NCBI RefSeq assembly: GCF_036321535.1
Contig: NC_087436.1
Location: 58,344,001 to 58,408,000 of the forward strand
Source: Camelus dromedarius
Lineage: Eukaryota
Direction: 5' to 3'
Length of the DNA stretch: 64,000 nucleotides
In this document: positions 1 to 12,580 of the stretch, piece by piece
Layout of the letters: the number at the start of each line of letters is the position of its first letter
Position numbering within the stretch: the first letter of the stretch is position 1
Made by a program: the position numbers and the translations under genes
The notes under the pieces: generated by a model
The model's database searches: none
Told to the model about the DNA's origin: nothing
Seen by the model: only the letters and a program-made list of their open reading frames with translations

Positions 1-999
1 CTCCTGGCTAATGCTGGTAGCACTGGTTTGCCTTCTTCCCCAGTTTAGCTTCCTGTCACCTTTTTTCTAAAAACTCCATTTCCATAAGCACAAAGATTCC
101 AACCAGGTGTTTCCAGCTTCTTTTCCACCTCATGAAAAAAACGTAAAGTGGCCATTCTTGAGACCAGCTTGTCCAGTTTGGTATTTCATGCTTACCCTTT
201 GCATATATATGTACCACTGTTCATAGGTTGCTACTTACTGTTTGAAAGTATGGAAAGACTGTATTGACTCACTCCATCAAAAATTCTTATTAATACTTTA
301 CAGCAATTTTTAAATTCACATTTTAAGAACTTTATCATATTCTTTGTCAATCCCTTTTCCATAACTCAAAAATACCAAATTATGGAAAAAAGGAAAGTTC
401 TGTCACTTGCTGAGAAATGAGTATCTTACAAAATGAAGACCCTAAACTTTTATTCTTAAGGAAAAACTGTTTTGCTTCTTTCGTATTTCCTTTACTTGAA
501 TATTTTTCCAGGCTAACCAATTTACTTGTTTTATTGGGTTCTCAACTCTGTTAATTCTCAATCACTTTTGCTTGTTGTTCTTACATGTTTTTTTCAGCAA
601 AAGTGTTCAATTCACCCCGCATTTGTATGTTGTCCTTCTGTTGTGCATGTATTCTTAGTCACTGCATCATCTTTACCCAACCCAAATCTTTAATCTCTCC
701 AGAGGACAGTCCTCACCAGATGCTTCAATACCCTTACCTACTACCCCTTATTCCTTGATTCCTGAATTCTGGTTTCCATCACTAGTTCCTATTAAAAATG
801 TTTTCTTATGGGTTAGTAATGTTGTTACAACTTGTAACATCATGCATTTCCTATATTTTATTTTAACCTATATTATACAACTGTTTTACTCTTCACAGTA
901 CTTTAACCTAGTAAGCATTTAGTAGCTGTTATTTAAGTTGAATTAATCGAAAGAAAAAAAATACGTCAAGTATCATACTCTGTTTCATTGAGCATAAGC

Positions 1000-1215
1000 C
1001 TGTTAGAATCCAACTAGACCTAGCTACAAGTCCTCAGTTTTAAATGAAATTTAACTCAGCTTTTAACTTTATGTCCCTAATGACTGTGAGGCCCAGTTTT
1101 CTAAAACGTAAAATGGGGATATAACCATTTCCTCTTCATCTCACAGGACTGTGATAAAGATTAGATGAAAGAGTGAATGGTATCATATGTGGCAATGTGC
1201 AACACAATTACAAGT
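1000..1215 (+). mobile_element. MIR SINE relic
   Basis: Degenerate MIR core: 'gcccagttttctaaaacgtaaaatggggatataac...tcacaggactgtgataaagattagatga'. Confidence 0.6.
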
Positions 1216-2142
1216 TACTACCCAGGAAAACATTTTTATTAAAATTTATTTTCAACACATAAAATTAAAATAAACTTATTTTCCAAAAAATGGAAAATTA
1301 AAAAAACAGAAATAAAGTGAGCAAATCAACGGCATATGTATATGAAAGCCTATATCTACAGAGATTTTTAAATCAGAAGTCATTACACTTAGATTTGGGG
1401 GAAGACGGTTAACCTCAAATATTCTTTAAAGCGTAACTATGGAATATCATACCACAGAACTTGTATAAATTTTACTTTAAGTTGATTTATAAAATCAAGA
1501 AACATAGAACTGTGAATCAGGAAAGGTCACTGAAAGCAATTGTTTGAAATTCTCTACATTTACAGCTGTGATCACTGTTACCTGAAAGTTGTTTCTATTT
1601 TCAAGCCAAATGAAAAACAACATGAGAGAGAAGGAGCAAAGTTTTAGATTTAGAAACAGAGGAGATAACCTTTCTATAAACTTCACATGTAATACATCCT
1701 GTATATTTCTATACATTCTACATTTCTATATGTTACACAATCTAGTCCTAAAATGTCAAAATTTTCATCTTCCCAACTGTTCCTCTAGACACTTTCTCTC
1801 AAATGCTACTGTGATTATATTATCAGTGCACACCCAATACTGGTTTAAAACTGTAATAACATTTCGAAAATATAAATTAACATGTGTTGAAAAAGAAGGC
1901 CAAAGAAGCATGAAGAAAGTTATATTCTTTTGAATTATTAAGTAGGAGATTTTACTTAAGAGAATGTTATTGTGGAAAAATGATGCTGATGGATTGATAA
2001 ATGATACAGAGACTAGAAAAACTTATTTTAAAAGTAAGAACATTTACTTTCCCATAATCTTCATTTGAAAGAACATTATGGTTATTTTATGAAATAGACT
2101 ATATGAAAATTTATATATATTTATTTAATTATATATATATAA

Positions 2143-2320
2143 TTTTTTTTCTGAAGTATAGTCACAAGTGTAGTTAGAATGTCGTCTCAATTTCTGGTAT
2201 ATAGCATAATGCTTCAGTCACATATAAACACACATATATTGATTTTCATATTCTTTTTCACAAGTTACTATAAGATATTGAATATATTTCCCTGTGCTAT
2301 ATAGTATGAATTTGTTTATC
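2143..2320 (-). mobile_element. Short 5'-truncated L1 3'-UTR fragment, same family as the adjacent L1
   Basis: Poly-T followed by 'ctgaagtatagtcac...ttttcatattc...agatattgaatata.ttccctgtgct'; near copy of 2340-2510 and 15825-15990. Confidence 0.75.
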
Positions 2321-2336
2321 TTGGCCTCTTACTTCT

Positions 2337-3178
2337 TTTTCTTTTTTGTAACTGAAGTATTGTCAGTTACAACGTGTCAGTTTCTGGTATACAGCACAAT
2401 GTCCCAGTCATGCATATACATACATATATTTGTTTTCATATTCATTTTCATTATAGGTTATTACAAGATATTGAATATAGTTTCCTGTGCCGTACAGAAG
2501 AAATTTATTTTTTATCTGATTTTATATATAGTGGCTGGCTAAGATTTGCAAATCTCAACACTCCTAAATTTATCCCCTCCCACTCCCTGTTCCCCATGAG
2601 ATTGTTTACTATGTCTGCAAGTCTGTTTCTGTTTTGTAGATGAGTTCATTAGTGTCCGCTTTTTTTCTTTTTCAGATTTCACATATGAGTGATATCATAC
2701 GGTATTTTTCTTTCTCTTTCAAGCTTACTTCACTTAGAATGATGATCTCCAGGTCCATCCATGTTGCTGCAAACAGCATGATTTTATCCTTTTTTATGGT
2801 TGAGTAGTATTCCGTTGTATAAATATACCATGACTTCTTTATCCAGACATCTGTTGATGGACATTTAGGTTGCTTCCATGTCTTGGCTATTGTATATAGT
2901 GCTGCCATTGGGGTGCATGTATCTTTTTTAATTAGAGTTGCCTCTGGGCAAATGCCCAGGAGTGGGATTGCTGGATCATATGGTAAGTCCATTTTTAGTT
3001 TTTTGAGGAATCTCTGTACTGTTTTCCATAATATCTGCACCATATTACATTCTCACCAGCAGTGTAGGAGGGCTCCCTTTCCTCCAGATCTTCTCCAGCA
3101 TTTATCGTTCATGGACATTTTAATGATGGCCATTCTGACTGGTGTGAGGTGATACCTCATTATAGCTTTGATCTGCAT
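2337..3178 (-). mobile_element. L1 3' end (ORF2 C-terminus, 3'UTR, polyA); non-inverted arm of a 5'-inverted L1
   Basis: ORF 2672..3043(-) [12 protein letters not shown]...KDTCTPM...WKQPKCPS...WYIYTTEYY is the L1 ORF2 C-terminal region; T-rich tail at ~2337-2347. Confidence 0.93.
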
Positions 3179-3804
3179 GACATACTGATCAATGAAACAG
3201 AATAGAGAGCCCAGAAATAAACTCACAGATCTACAGTCAATTAATCTTCAACAAAGGAAGCAAGAATATACAATGGAGAAAAGACAGTCTTTTCAGCAAG
3301 TGATGTTGGGAAAACTGGGCAGATGCATGTAAATCAATGAAGTTAGAACACTCTCTCACACCATACACAAAAATAAACTCAAACTACCTTAAAGACTTTG
3401 TATAAGACAAGACATGATAAATCTTCCAGAAGAAAACAGAGGCAAAACATTGACATAAATCTCTGACATAAATCTTAGCAATGATCTCCTAAGGCAGTCT
3501 ACCCAGGCAATAGAAATAAAAGCAAAAATTAACAAATGGGACCTAATTAAACTTACAAGCTTTTGCACAGAAAAGGAAACCATAAGCAAAACAAAATGAT
3601 AAACTATGGAATGGGAGAGAATATTTGCCAATGATGTGACTGACAAAGATTTAATTTCCAGAATATATAAACAGCTCATACAACTTAACAACAACAACAA
3701 CAACAACAACAAAACCCAATCCAAAAATGGGCAGAAGACATAATAAGCAATTCTCCAAGGAAGACATACAAATAGCCAACAAGCACATGAAAATATGCTC
3801 AGTA
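3179..3804 (+). mobile_element. L1 ORF2 segment in opposite orientation (inverted arm)
   Basis: 'gacatactgatcaatgaaacagaatagagagcccagaaataaac...aagcacatgaaaatatgctcag' is sense L1 ORF2 just upstream of where the minus arm starts; contains (CAA)n at ~3688-3710. Confidence 0.9.
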
Positions 3805-3819
3805 TGGTCTTGTACTTCT

Positions 3820-4015
3820 GACCAAGGCTGTGGTTCATTCCAGGTTTCAGCACCCACTACCTCCCCTTGCTTCTGCACCTCAGGCCTATGGACTGCGTCA
3901 ATGCCCTATTGTTGCTTGCCCTGAGGTACCTACCCCTTCCCACACTTCTGTAAATAGTCCTTTCATTCTAAAGTCTTTGGTTACCTGTTTGTGTGTGTTA
4001 TTTGTTTCTCCTTGT
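3820..4015 (+). mobile_element. Old ERVL-type LTR fragment (tentative)
   Basis: 'cttctgtaaatagtcctttcattctaaagtct' resembles the 3' end of old ERVL LTRs; more GC-rich than its flanks. Confidence 0.35.
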
Positions 4016-6559
4016 GTAATAAAGTAGCAAAACTCTGTAAAGTTACATATAAACAAATGTATTTATAGATTTTTAAAAATAATATAATTATTGACTAATA
4101 TGAGATTTAAAATATAAGGTGAAAAAATCCTGTAAGGATGATTTCAGTAAAAAATTATTTCTATTTAATACTAACTAATCAGATCTCAGAAGATGAGGAT
4201 GGAATGTGGTTGATATTCCACTTTACTGAGTCACTAATTATCTCCACCCTGACTGAAGGAAACACAAGAGGATAGCCTTTGCAGGTAGGAAACAATGAAG
4301 TTCAGGTAATTTTTTATAAGCCAATGATTTGGATATTTTTTAAAACTATTTTGGCCCCTACTTCTCTATACTGTCATTATAAAGTAGATTTCACTCCAAT
4401 TATTATTAGTTTTCCAGACAAGGTCAAAACCCGATAAACTCTAAGTAAGTCATATCTTAGTGCTATGGTTTGGAAGAATCTGATTAAATCAGGAAAATGA
4501 GGTTTTTTTAAATTGGAAACATCAAGTTAACAAAACTTTAAATGAGGGTACTAAGAAATGTAATGATCCATTTTTTAGTGACTTTGTTACTGATTTATAA
4601 TTTACATAAAATAAAGTCCATTAATTTTAAGGATATGGATCAATAAATTTGTACATATATGTATGTATACATTATACATTTATAATAAGACTAGTAGTCA
4701 AGGCTGGACCCAGTGAGTTGATGTGCTTCAAAAAGCAAATGATTTCAACCATAACTGACTAAGAAAGAGAAGAGACATTAGCAGTCCCTTAGTCCCTGCC
4801 CTGCAAGGAATTTCTGCAGTTTGTGGAAACATGCAATGAATGGCTGAGTCCAATCTGTTTAAATCTCAAAGGACATGGTACAAGTCCAGGAAGGTGGAAG
4901 ATTTTGGACAGCCATGTAGTTAATATCTAACTTACTCAAAGTTTATCAAATTATGGCCTTATGTGAAAAAAAAAAAAGTTAAAGTGACCTAACTTATAAT
5001 AATGACAAGGGAGAAATGAAATTCCAAAAAAGTTTAAAATAATTCAAAACCTAGGCTAAGTGACCCAAACTTTTTGAAAATGCTAGAGCATGACTCCTTA
5101 ATGTAAAGAAGCAAGATATTAAACTTCTGACACATTTTTCAATTTAAACAGGCTTCTCAATTACTTAAATTTAAAATCCTTTGAAAGACATGAAAAATAC
5201 AGCATTCATATCACAAACTGTATACCTTGGAAATAATACATCAAGAATATTTTTGTAAAAATAATTTCAAAGTATTAGAAAAGCATCATATGAAATGATT
5301 GTTATTTGTATCCAAATTGGGTACAATCACAAATATAAAGAGGTGTATTTCTCTTAAACTACAGCTTGATGAATGCTTTAGTGAATGATCAGTTGTTTTA
5401 CAGCTATAGGAAATGTGGTTGATTTGAATCTAGGAAGAATTTTACTAAATTTTCAGAAGCCAGAAATTCAACTCGACAAGGACTACCAAGAGCAAGACTG
5501 GTTGCCAAAGCAACAAAACCCAAGAATCTGCCTTCTACGCCCAACGTACCTGACATCTGATAATATTAGAAGTACATAATAATGTCTGCTGTTGTAAAGA
5601 TCTTTAGGCTTAATAGTCAAGCAAATAACAAAATAATTTCCACTTGGAAACACCAAATACCATTTTAAACAAAGCTGTTATTAGGAGTAGTAGGAATATT
5701 TTACTTTTATATTTTGCCATTGTCAATTAGGATGTATTTCTGGATGATGATCAAGGAATGTGTTACAATAATATTTTGCAGTCATGTGCTTTCTTTAAGC
5801 CTCAGAGTTAATTGTAGGTAGCTTGTGGGTTATAAATGCTTGAATTTAAGTGGGAATGAAGCTCCCTCCAGCTAACTAAATGGGTTAATCTCAATGATTA
5901 AACAATCTTTAAGCAACGAGAAAAGAAACTTCATCAAGATGAAAGGTAAACTTGACAGGGGCATTCAGCTTATCATTTTTCTACAAAAGGTAAATGCATT
6001 TTTGTATCTACTTATCACTATTATAAGATACTATTGTACCATCATTAAGAGGAGAAGGTAGCATTGAACAACTTCTAGGCCATATCTGGTGCAAATTAGG
6101 CCTCAGTTCTCTGAAGGGGTTGAACTAACAGTTTTACTTTAATGTACTGGGCAGAGCTTAACAGTACCAAGAACTGTCTAAGAGAAGATGGTGGGAATAG
6201 GTGGAAGAATAAGGAAAGTGGGATTCTAAGACGGATGAATTACAGTTCCCTGTTCCCATCTCATGGTGAATTTGGAACCAACCTGGAAAATTAAAATTAT
6301 ATGATCATAAACTTGCAAATACCCATATCATATAAGTCTACAGGCATTTTAAAAAAGCTGTAAACTCTAAGAAAATTCCAGCATGTAACTCAAACCAAAT
6401 TAATCCATTACGATAATAAAGATTGTATCTGTTTAAAATCTTGAGGTATTTTAGCAGCTCACGTGAGACTGAATATTATATATTTTTGTCTGTATTGTTT
6501 CATATATTATATATATATATCTTCACCCTTCCCTGATTCTTCCAGGAAGTTAACCCAGT

Positions 6560-6752
6560 TTTTTACCATATTTTTCTCTCTAGTACCTTTCACTTAACTA
6601 TCTCCTTCACCAAGTCACAGTAAACTCCTTAAGAATATCAACCCTATCTTATTTATCTTTGCAACCAGTAATCAACCCCTCTCCTCTCCCGCCACTACCC
6701 AATTCAGCACAATGTTTACACAGAATAGACACTTGGCAAATGTAAGTAGAAT
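6560..6752 (+). mobile_element. L2 3' end relic
   Basis: 'cagtaaactccttaagaatatc...cttatttatctttgca...agcacaatgtttacacagaatagacacttggcaaatgt'. Confidence 0.55.
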
Positions 6753-7033
6753 CTTTGTATACTAGTAAAACATTTAGATTTGGATAATTAAATTTTGACA
6801 ATTATTTATTCACTTAAGTAAGCTTCAGTAAAATAAATTCATCACTTTATAAATGAAATAAATAAGATTTATGTGGGTTAATTATATTATTGATATTCCA
6901 GCAATTAGATACATCACAGTGTTTAATTATATTAACTTTGATAATATTAGTAGTGATTATAAAGCTTGGGACACTGGTTTCAGAAAACTGTCACTGTAAA
7001 TAAAATATGTCAGGAATCAAAATAAATGACATG

Positions 7034-7101
7034 TATCTTCATTATAAAATACGTTTCATTTAGGATATATCTTCATTATAAAATGTGTTTCATTTAGGAT
7101 A
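7034..7101. repeat. 34-bp tandem duplication (2 copies, 2 mismatches)
   Basis: tatcttcattataaaatACgtttcatttaggata / tatcttcattataaaatGTgtttcatttaggata. Confidence 0.9.
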
Positions 7102-7749
7102 TTCCATATATCTAAAAATTTTATGACAACCATAAACATTTCTCTGGCTTTGTAATAAGTCACCTACTTTATAGAGTAGATAAAACTGCTTTAGAAATAC
7201 CTTCAGGGACATGTTGCAGTATAACATGCCACTTTCACAGACATTCGTAGTTAGATCCTTGTTCACAATTTTAACTAACTTCTGTTCATGAAAAACACAT
7301 ATAATTGGGACTGCCATCTGTCCGTTGTAATATAATTTGATCATTGTAATGGAACAAATACAGTTCCATTAAATTCAAGAGAATGCTAACACAACGTCCT
7401 TGCTATGTAAGACAGAGCAAAAAAGAAAGACTGGAATGGGGCTGGGGAAAAATGTCACATTCTCATTTTAACAAACTTATACTTACTATTATTAAAATTG
7501 TGTTATGCAGCTTGATTTCCATTATATTGAGATTACCCTTAAATAATAATAATACATTTCTAGCATCCAAATATGACTTCATTTTTATTATTTCCATCCT
7601 CCCCTAGTAACCAAAGATAACCCCTCTGGACCCCAAATGTAACCCATCTCTGAAATAAGACATGAGACTTTATACTTTTATGTAAGTAAGCTTAAAATAT
7701 ATAGAAATATTTTTCATGTTTTTAAAGTTTACATAAACAATATGCTACA

Positions 7750-9740
7750 TTTTTCTTCTTTTTTTGTTACTGAAGTATAGTTGACATACAGTATCGTATT
7801 AGTTTGAAGTGTAAAACATAGTGATTCAACATTTATACATATTATAAATTGATCACCACAAGTCTAGTAACCATCCGACACCATACAAAGTTATTACAGT
7901 ATTACTGACTATATTACTTATCCTTTATACTACATCCCACTGATTTATTTTATAGCTAGAATTGTGTACTTCTTAATCCCATTTGCCTATTTCATTCAAC
8001 CCTCTCCCCTGTGGTGACCACCCATTTGTTCTCTGTATCTATTGGTCAGTTCCTGTTTTGCTTTGTTTGTTTGCTTTGTTTTGTTAGATTCCACAGATAA
8101 GTAAAGTCATAAAGTACTTGTCTTTCTCTGTCTGACTTATTTCACTTAGCATAATATCTTCCAGGCTTATCCATGTTATCACAAATGGTAAAGTTTCATT
8201 TTTTATGATTAATATTACATTATATATACTACAACACATCCTTATCCATCTATGTACTGATGAACACTTCAGTTACTTCTATATCTCAGTTATTACAAAT
8301 AGTAATGTAATGAACATAGTGGGGCATATATATTCTCAAATTAGTGTTTTTGTTTTCTTTGGATAAATACTAAGAAGTGGGATTGCTATGGTAGTTCTAT
8401 TCTTATTTCTTGAGGAACCTCCATACTGTTTTCCATAGTGGCCACACCAATTTACATTCTCACCAACAGTGCACACCCCTTTTCTCTACATCCTCACCAA
8501 CATTTGTTTTCTGTTGTTTTCTTCATAACAGCTAGTCTGACAGTGATATTCTGAAGTGATAACTCATTGTGGTTTTGATTTGCATTTCCCTGATGATTAA
8601 TGATGTTGAGTAGATTGTCATGTGTCTGTTGGCCATCTGTAGGTCTTCCTTGGGAAAATGTCTATTCCATTTTTTAAATTGGATTGTTATTGTGTTTTTA
8701 ATTTGAGTTGTTTGAGTTCCTTTATATTTTGAATATTAACCCTTATCAGATATATCATTTACAAATATCTTCTCTCATTCACTAGGTTGTCTTTTTGTTT
8801 TGTTGATGGTTTCCTTCACTGAGCAAAAGCTTTTTTGTTTGATGTAGACCTTCTTGTTTATTTTTGTTTTTGTTTCCCTTGCCTGAGGAGAGATTCAAAA
8901 AATATTGCTGAGACTGATGTCAAAATACGTACTGTCTATGCTTTCTTCTAGAAGTTTTATGGTTTCATGTCTTACAATCTTATTAAAGACTTAAAAGTCT
9001 TTAAACCATTTTCAGTTAATTTTTGTATATGGTGTAAGAAAGCAATTCAGTTTCACTCTTTTGCATGTAGCTTTGTTTTCCCAGTATCATTTATTGAACA
9101 GACTGTCTTTTCCCCACTTTATATCCTTGGCTCCTCTGGCATAAACTAATTGACCATTTAAGTACAGTTCTATTTCTGAGCTCTATATTCTGTTCCATTG
9201 ATCTGTATGTCTGCTTTTGTGTCAGTAACATATAGTTTTGATTACTACTAGCTCTACATTAAAATTTGAAATTGGGGAGCATAATACCTCCAGCTTTGTT
9301 CTTCTTTCTTAAGATTGCTTTGGCTACCTGAGCTCTTTTAGTGGTTCCACGCGCATTTTAGGATAATTTGTTCCAGTTCTGTGAAAAATGCCATTGGTAC
9401 TTTGATAGGGATTGCACTGAATATGTAGGTTGCTTTGGGTAAAATGGATATTTTAACAATATTAATTCTTCTAATCCATGAACACCGTATATTTTTCCAC
9501 TTATTTCTGTGGTATTCAATTTCTTCAAGCAATGTTTTATAGTTTTCAGAATACATGCTTTTTATTTCTTTGGTTAAATTTGTCCTTGCTGTTTTATTCT
9601 TTTTGATCCAATTGTAAATGGAATTGTTTCCTTAATTTTTCTTTCTGAAAGTTCATTACTAGTGTATACAAATGCAAAATATTTCTGTATAATGATCAAT
9701 ATACAGAAATTATATTGATCAATATACAGAAATCAATATG
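7750..9740 (-). mobile_element. 5'-truncated L1 (~2 kb; ORF2 3' part and 3'UTR, L1MA-like)
   Basis: ORF 9338..9556(-) [12 protein letters not shown]...[33 protein letters not shown] is L1 ORF2; T-rich tail at 7750-7765; candidate TSD tatgctac at 7741 and 9742. Confidence 0.93.
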
Positions 9741-9779
9741 GTATGCTACTTTATTAACATAAGAGGATATCAAAATTTT

Positions 9780-10290
9780 CCATATTTACTTAAAAATAAT
9801 CTATTGTATTCACTGACTGAATTATACTCTACAAATCTTTTTAATGATGCTGGTTAATGGTGGCTGCGTTATCAACATCCTAACTAATTTTTGTTGGTTT
9901 AATCATTTTTAAAAAGAGATGTGTTGAAATTTTTCCAATGATCTGTTTCTTGATTTCTTCTTGTAATCATATCAGCACTTGCTTTATATATTTAACAATG
10001 GTTTTTGCATGCATACACATTTATAATTATTTTATCTGTATCATTTCTTTTATTACCAAAATTTTTTCTGCTTATCAATATTTTATGCTTTAATGACATT
10101 TTGCCTTATAACAAAATTGCTTACTCTGTTTTTTATTGTTGTTGGTATTTCTCTGATACATTTTCCATCCATTGGTTTTGTTTTGTGGTACATTTATAAA
10201 TTTTAATATAGAATACTTAAAGTAAAGCAATTGTATAATGAAATCTACATTTTCATCAAAGATTATAAAAGTTAAATACATTTACTTCAC
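9780..10290 (-). mobile_element. Ancient L1 ORF2 fragment, highly diverged
   Basis: 'gagatgtgttgaaatttttcc...ttcttcttgtaatcatatcagcacttgctttatatattt...ttttccatcc' resembles antisense old L1. Confidence 0.5.
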
Positions 10291-11519
10291 CATTTCCTTT
10301 TACTATTTTATTGCCTTAGTATTTTAAGGCAATTCCAGTCCTTACAGTATTGTATCTCGTGGTATCAGGCTGCTCATGTTCCCAAAAGCAACATATCTTA
10401 ATAATAATGCCTCTGATAAGTATATTGATACCGGTTTCAGATTGTGTGCTAATGTCTATGCAGAGATGCTACTGATACTCTCAACAGAAGTCTGTCATAG
10501 AAATACGTACATATCAAAAATAGTGACCCTTCCTTCTTCAGAGCAACAAATATCTGCTTTAAAATGTTTTTTTTTTAGGTCAACAAAGAGCCAATTAATT
10601 CTTTTGCAAGTCAATTTAACATCTAGAAAGTTTTTAATACTTGTAATTAAAGATCAGAAGAAAGAAATCAGTTCTGTTCCTAACCTTTGCCATTCCATTT
10701 TACTTATCTTCTATAGTGGCACTAATCACTGATATTGCTGTAAGTAACTTCATTATAAGGTTATTTTCCCTAAGCTAAATAATGACAGTTTTCACACACT
10801 ATTTGGAGGTAATTAAAACATCAAAATAAACTGAGTATAGTATAAAATAAAAACCAAGTTCCAGTTTATAAAAAATAAACCATTCAGTAGTCAAAGATTT
10901 ATACTAATGAAGATACCCATCTTCCTTAATGACATACTTTTTTTCCCCAGGAAAATCAGATAATATACATTGAGGTATTAAAAATGTGAATTACTAGTTA
11001 TAATATGGTTGAGGATCAGGGAGAGGTAAGGTCAGAAAAGATTCAATTAAGCAAGACGGAAAATATCAAGGTGATACAAGAGGACAGGGGTGAAAGGTTC
11101 TGCATACTGAAGAAACTAGTGCTAAGGGGAAAATGCTGTTCTTCTACTTAACGACAAAAAGAATAAACCTCTAGGAAACAAAAGGGCCTGCTTCAAATTT
11201 TGTTACAAGCTAGAGAGGAGCTCCCTGTGGAATTAAAGATTAGAACTAAAAAAAGAGTAAAGTGTAAAAGGAAAGCGCTGGTTGAATCAGTACACTGGTT
11301 TTCAATTTCAAGGCTAGAAAAAAGACGTATGAAAGTATGTCCTTCCTAGTTGAAGAAAGGAACTAGATCTCTCAATAGTTCACAGTGAAGAGCTATAAAA
11401 GTAGATATCCAGGAATTGGAGGTACCAGTAAAATTGACCCCATTTATTTTTGCTAATGTTCACTCAATTTCCAGGGGATGCATACTCTCTATTAGAAGGC
11501 ATTAGGGAAGATCAAAAGC

Positions 11520-11766
11520 AAGCCTGAGTATAAAGTCACAGCGACCACTACAGGTATGCCTACTCTACCAGTTACTGAATTTATGTCCTTAACAAGTGAT
11601 TTTTGTTCTATGATCCTTTATTTTCACATTTGAAAATACACCAGCAGAAATAACCACTTTGTGGTTTTGTTTTTAGAACTCAGCAAAATAATACATGGAA
11701 AATAAAACACGTAAAGGACCTAGGACAGTACCTGATACATAGCAAATGTTCAACAAATGTTTGCTT
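11520..11766 (+). mobile_element. MIR relic
   Basis: 'cacgtaaaggacctaggacagtacctgatacatagcaaatgttcaacaaatgtttgct' is a MIR-like 3' end. Confidence 0.6.
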
Positions 11767-12032
11767 TGTCTGAGGATTCATTCATTTTTAATACTATTAT
11801 CAAAAATTACACTATATATATTGGTACTGGAATCTAAGTTCTATTCAAAAGAGACTCAACAGTTTATTTAAAAAAATTAACACCAACTACATGGTTACAT
11901 TCATAGAACTAATACCAAATGAAAAGACTGAGATATACCACCTCTATTAATCATTTTTTAAAACTCAAGTAGCAGACTTTGGTGACTGAGATTTACTGAA
12001 TCACTTCCTATTTTGTCTTAAATTGCTACTTA

Positions 12033-12580
12033 CGTTAGGTAGTTAGGTAAGTGGGGGCACCGGGCAGATAGGTGGAGGAGAGGGAGGATAGTCGGGAAGA
12101 TGGCAGTGTGCCTGCCTCCAGCATAAAGGGACTTTACTTCTAAATGAGTGCCAGCAAAAAGCTAGTTAAAACCTGAAAGCCATGACTGTGTGGTAGCAGA
12201 AAGGACTTAACGGGACACAACCCAATGCTCATTGTATTATAATTCACATTGCGGTTTAGCCCACCCAACACCAAGGGTTTTTCTGTGTACATCATAGGTA
12301 AGGACATGTGCAAGGGGACCAAACATGACTAAGCATTCCAGGGACAAGAGCCATCAATCAATTAAGAGACCACCTCTAAGCGAGGGTATAAGGGAAAGGG
12401 GAGACAAAAATTGCTTTTTCCTTCCTCGGATCAGCCCACCTCCCGTTCTTGGGGTGTACTTTTCTTTTCTTTAAAATTAAATCTTTTAAAATGTTTCGCT
12501 TTACAACACACCATCTCTCAAATGCAAACCTGTCTTTCAGGTATGACAAGAACCGGGGTCTTTACCTTTTGGGGGTAACA
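12033..12580 (+). mobile_element. Solo LTR, 548 bp (ERV1-class by TSD length)
   Basis: Termini (C)GTTA...TAACA; perfect 4-bp TSD CTTA at 12029-12032 and 12581-12584; TATA-like 'gggtataaggg' at ~12383; ATTAAA at ~12476; GC/CpG-richer than flanks. Confidence 0.85.

Noticed and set aside
2672..3043. 123-aa ORF as a functional gene
   Set aside because: It is the C-terminus of L1 ORF2 in a truncated, inverted insertion
3389..3853. Longest ORF (154 aa) with a poly-Leu 'transmembrane' stretch
   Set aside because: Antisense to L1 ORF2; the poly-Leu comes from a (CAA)n microsatellite
10376..10732. 118-aa ORF
   Set aside because: No recognisable domain, AT-biased composition, no convincing splice context; consistent with a chance ORF
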